Part shown: positions 46,773 to 56,900 of the stretch, piece after piece
How the letters are laid out: each line of letters opens with the position of its first letter
How positions within the stretch are numbered: position 1 is the stretch's first letter
DNA from: Patescibacteria group bacterium
GTDB lineage: Bacteria; Patescibacteriota; Patescibacteriia; JBDRGY01
Assembly (NCBI GenBank): GCA_043817315.1
Contig: JBDRGY010000003.1
Coordinates: 59,181 to 123,180, forward strand
Length of the DNA: 64,000 nucleotides
Direction of reading: 5' to 3'
The notes under the pieces: generated by a model
Database searches by the model: none
The model's input: only the letters and a program-made list of their open reading frames with translations
Told to the model about the DNA's origin: nothing
Made by a program: the position numbers and the translations under genes

Positions 46773-47231
46773 TTAGTTACTAATAGATAAAACTATTTGA
46801 TTGGCTGTGAAACTGGTCTTGTTTTTGATGTTACTGTCCGATACAACCGTAATCATATCGCCAATTTGCAAATCAGCCAAGCCGATCTCTGTGTCTTCTG
46901 CTTCGGCATTGGCGGAAAGAAATTGAGTATCTTCATTTACCGAGGTGGTATATAGGGTCACTTTGCCTGATTGGGAGACAGCTATTTCTATCTGGCTGTT
47001 GGTAATTCGGTTGATTCTTCCATACCGTGAGTATACTGTGTCACTGGTTGGTAGGGCCAGTGGGTTACTATTAACCTTTTGGCTGTTAGAATTTTGATTA
47101 TCACTTTGCCAGTCAATACTGAGGTTTAAGATGCCAATAATGATCATCAAACAGGCAATGATAATGACGGCCAGTATCAATTTTTGACTATTTTTGTTAA
47201 ATAAAGTTTTTGCTTGATTTTTGTTTGACAT
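46773..47231 (-). CDS. Membrane-anchored OB-fold (DUF5666-like) protein
   Basis: One TM helix, N/S linker, G.I..I...V.EDT....LADLQIGD.I.V. Confidence 0.6.
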   Translation of the reverse strand: MSNKNQAKTLFNKNSQKLILAVIIIACLMIIIGILNLSIDWQSDNQNSNSQKVNSNPLALPTSDTVYSRYGRINRITNSQIEIAVSQSGKVTLYTTSVNEDTQFLSANAEAEDTEIGLADLQIGDMITVVSDSNIKNKTSFTANQIVLSISN

Positions 47232-47267
47232 ATCGATGCTTTTGTGTTAAAATTCAGGAACTCAATA

Positions 47268-47316
47268 TTGTTATAGCTTAGTAGTTATTATATAATTAAT
47301 CAAGTCAGAGTGTCAA
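47268..47316. promoter_or_regulatory. Overlapping divergent promoters
   Basis: Plus strand TTGTTA-N17-TATAAT (47268-47296); minus strand TTGACA-N18-TATAAT (47316-47287). Confidence 0.55.
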
Positions 47317-47345
47317 AAACTCCTGATTATTGTGATTAATATAGA

Positions 47346-49121
47346 ATGAAGAGAGAGCGCAATCAAAAAGCAATATCGCCGAAAGCGATTGGCTTATTAA
47401 AAACAGCCTCCTTATCAGTTTTTGTGGCTGTTTTTTTGTTTATTGCCCTGGGCTTTGTCAGTGAAGTTTTTTCCAGTGATTGGACCCAACCGGACTTGGA
47501 AGATGTGGCTCCTAAAACCTCAGTTTCAGAACCACCTATCAATTTGGGGCCCAACCAGCAAGAGAAAAAGGGCGGATTAATCATCGGGGGATTACACACT
47601 GAATACTGGATTGATATTTCTTCGGGCAACCTGTCGGTTAATACCGGTAATGTATATATAGACAATGATTTGCGAATTCTTAATGCCCCCAACACATTAT
47701 TTTTAGCTGATTCCGGCCTTGATTCGGTTTTGATAAATTCAGAAGGCCTGGATGATGATAATGAATTACAAATTGAAGGCCGGGTCCATTTTGTTAACAA
47801 TAGCCCAGCCAGCGGTCAAGCTACAGTGACGGCAATAACTGGCTCTGACCAGCCAGCTTTTATTGGCAGGGCTTTGCAGGAATCTTTTGGCATACGCGCC
47901 AAAAATGCTGACGGGGCCGGAATCTCTGTTAAAGGAGTGGCTGGCAATGCAGCGGGCGGTCAGACCACTTTTGGAGTTATGGGATTAGCCGGTGATCGGC
48001 TTAACGGAACAGGCGACCCCTACTCTGGTTATTTGAGAGGTATGGTCAATTTTGGGGCAGCCCTGGGGAATCCTCCATTTTATACTAACTCGGATGTTTT
48101 GGTCACCAACTTAAACGTTGACTGGTTAGGCAGCAGCGATTCTTCCGACTTTATGACCGGATCCAGTGTGGCCTCTCAATATATTGAGATTCAGGACTTG
48201 ACTGAACCTCAGCTACAGGAGGGTGCTTTTAAGGTAGCGGGCCAGCAGAGGTTCGACAGTGGCCTGGAAGTCTCCAGTGATAACATTGCTGTCCCGGCTC
48301 TTTATCTGGCCCAACAAGGAGATGACAGCCGGGCTTTATATATCGAAGGTGGAAGCACTTCCCAAGTCGGAGAAACATATTATGGACTGTATAGTTTGGC
48401 AGGTGCAGGCGCTGGCACCAGCTATGCCGCCTATTTCACTGGGACAATACCGATTACTGAAATGGCAGACAGCCCCCTGGTAATCAATTCACGATCAGTG
48501 GCTGAAAATCTTGATGCAGATTTATTGGAAGATCAGCAAGCCTCTCAATTTTTGCAATTGGATGATGTGGCCGCTGGCATTACCCATCTTGACGAGGCTT
48601 TTGTTCGTCTACAGGGGTCGGCCCCCGGATTTTCCCAAACTGGCTACCTAAACCTAGATGGTTATTCGGAAATCGGAAGCGGATTAGTCAGCGCCAAGAT
48701 TACTGTCATCAATAGTACGGCAACGGGTAGCGGTCTCAGACTGGAAGGAGGCTCTCTCAATGACAATATGGCTCTTTATGCCGCCTCAGGACTGGCCAAT
48801 AGTTGGGCGGGCTATTTTGAAGGTGATGTAAAGGTAGACGGCCATGATCTATATATCGAGGACTATCTGGAATTAGATGCCAGTGGTGAGGCAGCCGGAA
48901 GCGGCACTATTACTGACGGGGAACTTAATACAGACATTACCAGCAGTTTCTATAATATGAGTAACAGTTACATTTTTCTGACAATTACAGATTATGGAAA
49001 TAATAATCCCTTTACCCTGAAGGTAACCAAGAATGCAGGAAGTTTCCGGGTATCTCTTTACCCCACCATGATGTCTGACGGGAACGTTACCTTTAATTAT
49101 TTTATAGTCAACAAAGAATAG
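47346..49121 (+). CDS. Fibre-like surface protein, bare scaffold
   Basis: N-terminal TM/signal, W..P...PIN....Q.K.GGL motif, two NL(N/D)xDxL motifs, (A)YF.G repeats, C-terminal F.Y.IV domain. Confidence 0.6.
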   Translation: MKRERNQKAISPKAIGLLKTASLSVFVAVFLFIALGFVSEVFSSDWTQPDLEDVAPKTSVSEPPINLGPNQQEKKGGLIIGGLHTEYWIDISSGNLSVNTGNVYIDNDLRILNAPNTLFLADSGLDSVLINSEGLDDDNELQIEGRVHFVNNSPASGQATVTAITGSDQPAFIGRALQESFGIRAKNADGAGISVKGVAGNAAGGQTTFGVMGLAGDRLNGTGDPYSGYLRGMVNFGAALGNPPFYTNSDVLVTNLNVDWLGSSDSSDFMTGSSVASQYIEIQDLTEPQLQEGAFKVAGQQRFDSGLEVSSDNIAVPALYLAQQGDDSRALYIEGGSTSQVGETYYGLYSLAGAGAGTSYAAYFTGTIPITEMADSPLVINSRSVAENLDADLLEDQQASQFLQLDDVAAGITHLDEAFVRLQGSAPGFSQTGYLNLDGYSEIGSGLVSAKITVINSTATGSGLRLEGGSLNDNMALYAASGLANSWAGYFEGDVKVDGHDLYIEDYLELDASGEAAGSGTITDGELNTDITSSFYNMSNSYIFLTITDYGNNNPFTLKVTKNAGSFRVSLYPTMMSDGNVTFNYFIVNKE

Positions 49122-52100
49122 ATGATGGTTTTTAGACGACAATTATTTCAGTCCGGCAAGAAACTAACTTTTCCAGTGAAAGTCTGTTTGTTTATTGCGT
49201 CATTACTATTAGTTGTAGGGGTGTTAAAAGTGGGCCAGGCGGCTTGGCAGGAACCAAGTGATGAACCAACAGGCGGAGGGATCTATTCGCCGCCGATTAC
49301 TACCTCTGCTACTGAACAGACCAAGGCTGGTGGTTTAGAGGTAGTCGGCAGTGATACCGATGGCTCTCTAGAAACCAAGGCGGGCCTGGAAGTGGCATCC
49401 GGCAATTTATTTATTGATAATGATCTGAATGTGGCCAACGGCGATTTAACAGTTGGCAGCGATGCCTTGTTTATAGATGCCAGTGCCAGAAGGGTGGCCA
49501 TCAATGATGCTACAGGTGAATCTAGCACCTCATTATGGGTAAGTGGCCGAGGCCATTTTGTCAGCAGCGGTCAGGCCTCAAGCGGTGGCATAGAGGACAG
49601 AGCTTTAGTGGCTGAGTATCTGGATTCAAATTATGATTCCAACACCAAAGAAGAAACGGTTTATATCGAAAACGATTCGGCTACCGACCCGGCGGTTTTG
49701 GGTACCAGCCTTTCGACCAGTGGGGGCGGGGGAGTGTTAGGCAAAGGAGGCGATTTGGATGCAGCCGGGGAGTCTTCCTACGCGATTTTAGCGGATTCAG
49801 GCAGCGGCCAAGGTGAAAATTACGCGGCTGAATTTAGCGACGTTGTCGCAGTTGATAACTTTCGTTTTTATTTGACTGATGACCTGGATATTGCCCGCTA
49901 CGATCATACCGCCACTTTATTGAATGACGGACGTGTCTTGATCACCGGCGGCTGGACCGGAGCCAATTTTACTGATCCTACAGAAACCGCCGAGATTTAC
50001 AATCCGGCCACTGGTCAATTTATCCCGACTACTACAGATATGACTTCGCCCCGGGCTAACCATTATGCCACTTTATTAGCTGATGGCCGGGTCTTAATAT
50101 CCGGCGGTTATGACGCTGACAATAAAAACAGCTTTATTAACACCGGAGAATATTTTGATCCGGATGATAACAGTTTTACGCCCCTGGGCTTTAACTTATC
50201 CAGTATGGCAGAGGGTACAGCTACCCTGTTATCTGATGGCCGCATTGCCTTTATTGGAGGGGCCTGGGGTACTGGTTCTGGTGATGTTTATAATGACGCC
50301 TATCTATGTGACTTAGTTAATGAAAGTTGCGTGATTGGTCCTGGTAGCGGCCTCAGCGATGGCAAAAAGAATCATACAAGCACTCTATATAAATCAGAGG
50401 CCGGTACTGATTATATCCTGGTAGCCGGAGGTGAATCTGGTTCTGTTCATGCCTCAGCCGATATTTATCGAGTCGGGAGCATAAATCAGACTACCTCTTT
50501 GGGTAATATGCCCGGGGGTCGGACGAGACACACCGCCACCCTCTTGGAAAATGGCAAAGTGCTGTTAGCTGGCGGCCGTGACTTAGCAGATAATCGGGGA
50601 AATAACGGTTACCTATTTGACCCGAGTGGTCCCAATATCACCGACATAGGAGATACGATGCAAAATGGACGGTACGCTCACGATGCGGTGACACTGGAAA
50701 GCGGTCTAGTTCTTATTAGTGGTGGTTCTGTTACAGGCAAAGGAATGGACGTTTATGATTATGTCAGTAACAGTTTTATAGATCCACTAGATGACGCTAA
50801 TGACCAAGTGTTGATAGCTCAGCTAACTACCCCCGAGTTCAACCCCCCGCAACTTAATGTAATCCGCCAAGGACACACCATGACTCTTTTACTCAACGGG
50901 CGTACTTTAATCGTCGGAGGTATAGACCCCAACACTACTCTTGTGTCTGCAACGGAGATTACCGAAGCAGCCCTGCAAGTCGGCTGGAGCAGCCAGATCA
51001 CTAATTTGAAGGCTGAATTTTTAGACGGTCACCGGGAAGATGAATTTGTGACTGATGATAATTTTGCCGCTCTTTTCGGTAACGTATTGGAAAATCAAAC
51101 GGCCGCAGACCAGAAATTAAACTTTTATCTTTCGGGACAGGGAATATTTGAAGGAGGGTTGGAATCTGATCTAAATGTAGATGACTTATACGCCATGACG
51201 GCGACCAATAATTCAGATTCAGGAGGTTACGGAGTTAAGGTACAAGCTGCTGACGCTGATTCTGATGAAACTACTTACGGGGTGTATGGCACTGCGGTAT
51301 CCGGCGCCAATACGGCCCGGGCTGCTTACTTCGAGGGCCGAGTTCAGATAGAAACGGATAAAATCAAAGAAGGCTCTTTTATCAACGCCGGTAATTTTGA
51401 CTACTCCATATCAGGACAGGCCGGAACAGCTTTGGCCAACGGTCAAGTATTTATGGCGGGGGGAGATAGGGGCAACGGCGCAGATAATGATTTTGTCAAC
51501 GATTCTTATGCCTACGATCCTTCGTCGGGAAGTATATCTTCTCAGCTGGCCATGCCAACTGCCAGAACCGGACATCAAGTTACTAATATCGGCAATGGTA
51601 AATGGTGGAATCCCTTTTATCAATATCGACGCCAAATTGAAATAAGTGCTGTAACCGATGATGTACCAGCCGGGCACGGTGTCTATATAGATACAGACGT
51701 GGAAGCTCTGGTCGCAGAAGGTAAGGTCAGATCCGATTATAAGGACTGGCGTGTCGTCTACTGGGACGGTGATGGTTGGGAAGATATTGGACGGGATTAT
51801 CTGGGACATCGGGTATCCAGCCAGACCTGGTTTACAGTACAAGAGGTAATTGCCTCCGGTTCCTCGGATGACAATTATTATATTTATTACGGGAATAGCG
51901 AGGAAACAACTGAATCAGGTACTTCCGGGGCTGTTGTTAGCTTCGATGATTATACCCTGGCCAGCTACGGTTCGCTGGACATAGATGTTGATCAATATGA
52001 AGTTTTGGATTCCGGCTATACTTTAAAACTGTGGGGTAATAATTGGAAAGTAGTAAATTATTTTTCCGATACCTCTGACAGTGAATTAAACTTAGATTTC

Positions 52101-53906
52101 AAAAGCGTTACCACCCAAGGAGAAAAGAACGGAATTGGCTTTGATAGTGACATGAGCAACGCGGTAGGGGACTGGGACAATTATTATCAGCTTTTCGGTA
52201 CTGATGCAGCTGACGGAAATATTGCCGCTCCCTACTATTCGGGTAGCGGTAATTATGAAAATTTTCAAGTCGACTTAAATTCAGGTGTTTTCAATTATCT
52301 TCATCTGGCAAATAATAATGATGGCAGCGGGGAGGCGGAAATTTATTATTCCAACGTTAAAGTATTTCCTGCGGTAACCAATGAACCTTCAGTCTCTGTC
52401 CAGTCTGAAGAAACTAGATTAGCCAATTATGCCCTGGTTACTGGCGGTTATGCCAGTTCAGACGGTGAGGCTATTGATTCCGCTGAGGAGTGGCGAACGG
52501 TATCTTGGCCCTCTTACAGTATGATTTTACCCAGAACTAACCATACTGCCACCTTGTTGCTTAACGGAGAGATTTTTGTAGCTGGTGGCTTCGATAACAG
52601 TCTTGGGGGCGATGTTGTAACCAACACCGAATTATTTAAATCCGGTTCTTTCTCCGCCGGACCAGCAATGCCTTCGGGCCAGGCCAGGGGCAATCATACA
52701 GCTACCCTATTAAAAGACGGACGGGTCTTTATAGTAGGGGGCAGTTCAAGCCCAACTTCAGGATATCTATCAAAAGGTTTGATTTACAATTCCCAAACCG
52801 AATTGATAACAGAGACCAATTCATCTTTTAATTTGATGGTAGACCATTCGACCATCCTGTTGCCTAGCGGCCAAATTTTGGTAGCTGGAGGTTGTTATGA
52901 GGGCGATGCTTGGGCTGATGCTGTGCTTTATGATCCGGACACTGATGCCGCTACAGCCCTGCCTGATTTAAATACAGCTCGTTGTGGACACTCTGCCTCT
53001 TTATTGCCGGGCGGACGGGTACTTCTAGCGGGCGGACGGGATGGAAGCAATTACTTGTCAAGTTACGAAATTTACGATCCCCATATTGGCGATGATGGCG
53101 GTTTTGTTCAGTACGATTCGCCGTTTGCTCTGGACGAGAACAGGGCGGATGCTTTATCCGTAGGACTAGATACCGGCCAGGTAGTCTTGTCAGGCGGAGT
53201 CAATGAATTCGACAAATTAAATACAGTAAAAGTGTTTGACCCATACCAGCCCCCGTTCAAAACGAAGACAGGTGCTCAGAGAACGGCCAATTTAAATGCT
53301 TCTTATCTGGACGGCTATGCGGCCAGCGCTATCGCTGACAGTTCAGCCGATTTAACTGAATATTTAACCGTTCAGGAAGACCTAACCAGTCCGCAGACCG
53401 GCACTGAGGGAATTGTTATTTCTGGCAGCCTATACGCTGATCAAGAAATTGAGGTGGAGCAATCAGCAGGTAGTGGCGTGGCTGTTTTGAGCCAAGCTGG
53501 TCTTGGCAGTTATGGTTTATACGCCCAAGGAGAAGCAGTAGCCGGCTCCAAAGCAATCTGGGCTACCAATGCCACTGCTTGGGCCGGATATTTTGAACGA
53601 ATCTCCGGCTATACTACCAAGACCCAAATTACAGGAAACCTATCTCTGGCCAACGGAGTAACTCACCAATCAGGCGGAGCAGCCAGTCGATCCTATATTG
53701 CAGCCGGTATCAGCTCCCGTTCAGTTACCAATCCCCGAGTTTCTCCATCCAGCATAGTGCTTGTTACCATGACTGACAGCGGAGGGGCCTCACAGTATTT
53801 CTCTTTAGAGGTTATCAATAAAGGAAGCAGCTCCTTCACGGTTAGGATGGATCCGGCTGTATCACACGGTTCACCGGTTTGGTTTGATTATTTGATTATC
53901 AATTAA
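49122..53906 (+). CDS. Fibre-like surface protein with two Kelch propeller inserts and a DUF2341-like insert
   Basis: Same scaffold as 47346, many R..HTATLL.DGRVL..GG repeats, and WW...Y.YR..I...D.R.V....YY.YYGN. Confidence 0.75.
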   Translation: MMVFRRQLFQSGKKLTFPVKVCLFIASLLLVVGVLKVGQAAWQEPSDEPTGGGIYSPPITTSATEQTKAGGLEVVGSDTDGSLETKAGLEVASGNLFIDNDLNVANGDLTVGSDALFIDASARRVAINDATGESSTSLWVSGRGHFVSSGQASSGGIEDRALVAEYLDSNYDSNTKEETVYIENDSATDPAVLGTSLSTSGGGGVLGKGGDLDAAGESSYAILADSGSGQGENYAAEFSDVVAVDNFRFYLTDDLDIARYDHTATLLNDGRVLITGGWTGANFTDPTETAEIYNPATGQFIPTTTDMTSPRANHYATLLADGRVLISGGYDADNKNSFINTGEYFDPDDNSFTPLGFNLSSMAEGTATLLSDGRIAFIGGAWGTGSGDVYNDAYLCDLVNESCVIGPGSGLSDGKKNHTSTLYKSEAGTDYILVAGGESGSVHASADIYRVGSINQTTSLGNMPGGRTRHTATLLENGKVLLAGGRDLADNRGNNGYLFDPSGPNITDIGDTMQNGRYAHDAVTLESGLVLISGGSVTGKGMDVYDYVSNSFIDPLDDANDQVLIAQLTTPEFNPPQLNVIRQGHTMTLLLNGRTLIVGGIDPNTTLVSATEITEAALQVGWSSQITNLKAEFLDGHREDEFVTDDNFAALFGNVLENQTAADQKLNFYLSGQGIFEGGLESDLNVDDLYAMTATNNSDSGGYGVKVQAADADSDETTYGVYGTAVSGANTARAAYFEGRVQIETDKIKEGSFINAGNFDYSISGQAGTALANGQVFMAGGDRGNGADNDFVNDSYAYDPSSGSISSQLAMPTARTGHQVTNIGNGKWWNPFYQYRRQIEISAVTDDVPAGHGVYIDTDVEALVAEGKVRSDYKDWRVVYWDGDGWEDIGRDYLGHRVSSQTWFTVQEVIASGSSDDNYYIYYGNSEETTESGTSGAVVSFDDYTLASYGSLDIDVDQYEVLDSGYTLKLWGNNWKVVNYFSDTSDSELNLDFKSVTTQGEKNGIGFDSDMSNAVGDWDNYYQLFGTDAADGNIAAPYYSGSGNYENFQVDLNSGVFNYLHLANNNDGSGEAEIYYSNVKVFPAVTNEPSVSVQSEETRLANYALVTGGYASSDGEAIDSAEEWRTVSWPSYSMILPRTNHTATLLLNGEIFVAGGFDNSLGGDVVTNTELFKSGSFSAGPAMPSGQARGNHTATLLKDGRVFIVGGSSSPTSGYLSKGLIYNSQTELITETNSSFNLMVDHSTILLPSGQILVAGGCYEGDAWADAVLYDPDTDAATALPDLNTARCGHSASLLPGGRVLLAGGRDGSNYLSSYEIYDPHIGDDGGFVQYDSPFALDENRADALSVGLDTGQVVLSGGVNEFDKLNTVKVFDPYQPPFKTKTGAQRTANLNASYLDGYAASAIADSSADLTEYLTVQEDLTSPQTGTEGIVISGSLYADQEIEVEQSAGSGVAVLSQAGLGSYGLYAQGEAVAGSKAIWATNATAWAGYFERISGYTTKTQITGNLSLANGVTHQSGGAASRSYIAAGISSRSVTNPRVSPSSIVLVTMTDSGGASQYFSLEVINKGSSSFTVRMDPAVSHGSPVWFDYLIIN

Positions 53907-53914
53907 GTATAGTA

Positions 53915-56900
53915 ATGACCAGGTTGATCAAAACTGAAAAAATTGCCACTTGTAGTCTGTTGATAGCTTTTTGCAGTCTGGCCGTGGTTCTTTATGTTGG
54001 GGCCCAGTCGGATTCCCGATTTTGGTCCGATCCCCATCCTGGTCAGCCGACAGCCTCTCCGGAAGAAGGAGCACCCCTGACCACCTCAGCTGCCGATCAA
54101 ACCAAGTCCGGTCATTTAACAGTGGGAGAAGAAGTTACGGGCACCGGGTTAATTTCCAATGACAGGGTAGATATCGGCCCCCTACTTGATTGCGACCAGA
54201 CCACAGAAACCTGCTACGGTGATATTAACCTGGGGAGCGGCGGTAGCGTCGATTTAGCCGAGGACTTGGAAGTTGATGCTAATCAAGAGAAATTATTGAG
54301 AGTTTCCGGTTCTGGTAATAAAGTGGGAATTTTAACTGATCCGACCACTTACGAGTTGGACGTGGCTGGCGAAACATACATAAAGAGCCCCAACAACAGC
54401 GATAAAAATGCCCTCAAGGTCAACACCGGTGATGGCACAGGTCTCTCGGGAGAAATTACTTTTAATTCTGATAGCTACTTTGCTGTCCAGGGAGAGGGAG
54501 GAGACAGAAATGGCGGTGGAATTTATGCCGAAGGAGGATCGGCAGATTCTGGCTCCAATACTTATGCTATCAAAGCAGAGCCTGGGTCTGGTTGCGCTGG
54601 TAACTGCTGGGCTGCCTATTTCCGGGGTCGTCTCAAGATAGAAACCGGTTTTCGTGAAGGAGATTCTGATAATTATCAAAGAATTTATCATACCGCCACT
54701 AAACTAAATGACGGCAAAGTATTATTTATTGGCGGCTTGGACGGTGAAGATTTTGTGCCCAATAGGGGTGTTTACTATTATGTGAGAAGAATTACCTACT
54801 TTGATCCTATCAGTCAACAGTTTGGTGATGGGCCATATTTACAAGTGCCTCGTTCTCATCATACTGCCAATCTATTGGGTAATGACGTACTGGTAGCCGG
54901 CGGTTACAAGTGGGAGAATACCGAGCCCAGTTTTGCCAACATGGAATCTACTGATTCGGTAGAAATGTGTAATACTGGTACTTGTCTTCAGATTGATACC
55001 CTGGATCAAGCCAGGGCCAATCATACAGCAACAACCGCCAATAATGAAGTGGTAATAATCGGCGGTGACAGCAAGGTGGGAGACCAGTATCTGGCCCTAA
55101 ACACCATTGAGCATTGTAATGCTACTACCTGTATTTCACCTGGCGTCAATTTAATTACCGCCCGCACCGAACACACCGCTACTCTATTAGACAATGGATT
55201 GATCCTAATTGCCGGTGGCAAGAGCTCGGAAAACAATTATCTGAATAGTACTGAACTTTACGATCCGCTTAACCATACTATTGCTCAAGGCCCTTCTTTT
55301 ACCGATGCCCGGGCAGATCATACGGCTACTAAGCTAGATGATGGTAGAGTTTTTATAGCCGGCGGCTATCGGGAAACGGGTAATAGTATTTTTGGCACTC
55401 ATTATAATAGCAGTGTTATCTATAGTCCTGGCGGAGGAGTTGGTTCTTTTAATGACGGACCCACCATGCTGCTAGCTCGATCTCAACATACAGCTACCTT
55501 GTTGTCCGGGGGTCAAGTGATGATATTGGGAGGAGAGAATGATGCTAAAGCCTCCACTAAAGACACTAACGAAATTTTCAATCCCAATGATAACACCATT
55601 TCCGAAGGACCGGCCCTATTGGGGTACCGCATGGGGCATACCGCTACCTTATTGGATAGTGGAGAAGTGCTGGTTGGTGGCGGCCGCAGTGATTTCTTTG
55701 ATGGATCCACTGTTTGGCAGAAAACAGAGTATTTTTCCACTTTATCTGATGATTTTTCTTTGTTAAGCAGTGAGACTACCACGCATTCTTACGCCGCTGA
55801 CCAGAGAGCCACCTTATTATCTGACGGCACTGTATTATTAACCGGGGGCCGGCGCTTTCCCTACCGCTGGATACGGGACTTACCAAGTAATAACGAATAT
55901 ACTGCCTCTGTTTTTGATCCGCCCACTGACACTTTTAGAAACCTGGATGCAGCTGACAATGATTTGGATAAACTGGGATATCATACCGCTACTGCTGCCA
56001 CTTTCGCCAGTAAATGGTGGTCCTCCGGCGAAGGTTACCCCGCCAGAGAGAGACTGATGGTCACCAATCGAGATATTGAGGATCTGCCACCCGGTTATGT
56101 GGCTACTCTGGCCCTACCCAGAGCTGAATGGGACGACAAGTTATTGGATGACGAATACGATGATTTAAGAATTGTATATTACAACCAAAATGACGGTTTC
56201 TGGCTTGATCTCAATCGCCATGTTGTGGCCACGGATGATACTTTATATGTCTATTTCAGATTGATTGATTTAATAGGTATTGGAGACACAATGAGTGATA
56301 CCAGATATTTCTTGTATTACGGTAATGCCGAGGCTGATACCGCTCCCGCCAATAAATCAGCCGTTTATGATATCTGGGCTGATTTTGAAGAAGGGATCGA
56401 CCCCGATGATTGGGCTACGGATATTTACTCGGGACCCCAAGGCACCCTGGGCATAGATAGTATAGACAGCGATAATTCTTCTCTAACCCTGAGCCACGGA
56501 GATCCGGCCGGTGTGGAGGATGTTGATAAGAAGACCCATACTACCACCATTACAGTTAAAGTGGTTGACCAGGTGGACAGCCCGGTTGGCGGGGCCATTG
56601 TTACTATTACCTGTAGTAGGGGAGGAAGTGATTGTACTGATGACGTGTTCCTGTCCGGCAATAGCGATGACAGTAATGGCAGTGGTAATGCCGAGTTTAC
56701 TTTCACCGCCCCCTGGGCTGATACAGATGAAATTTCTTACGGCTATACTATTGTTGGTGATTACAGTTTCACGGCCACGGCCACTCATCCTTCCTATCAA
56801 GGTGAGCCCTCAATTGGTCCTAGCACTCTAATCACAACAAATCAACCAACAATTGATAATGTTAATATTCAGGGTCCCATATTCGCTGCAGATTGTGTTT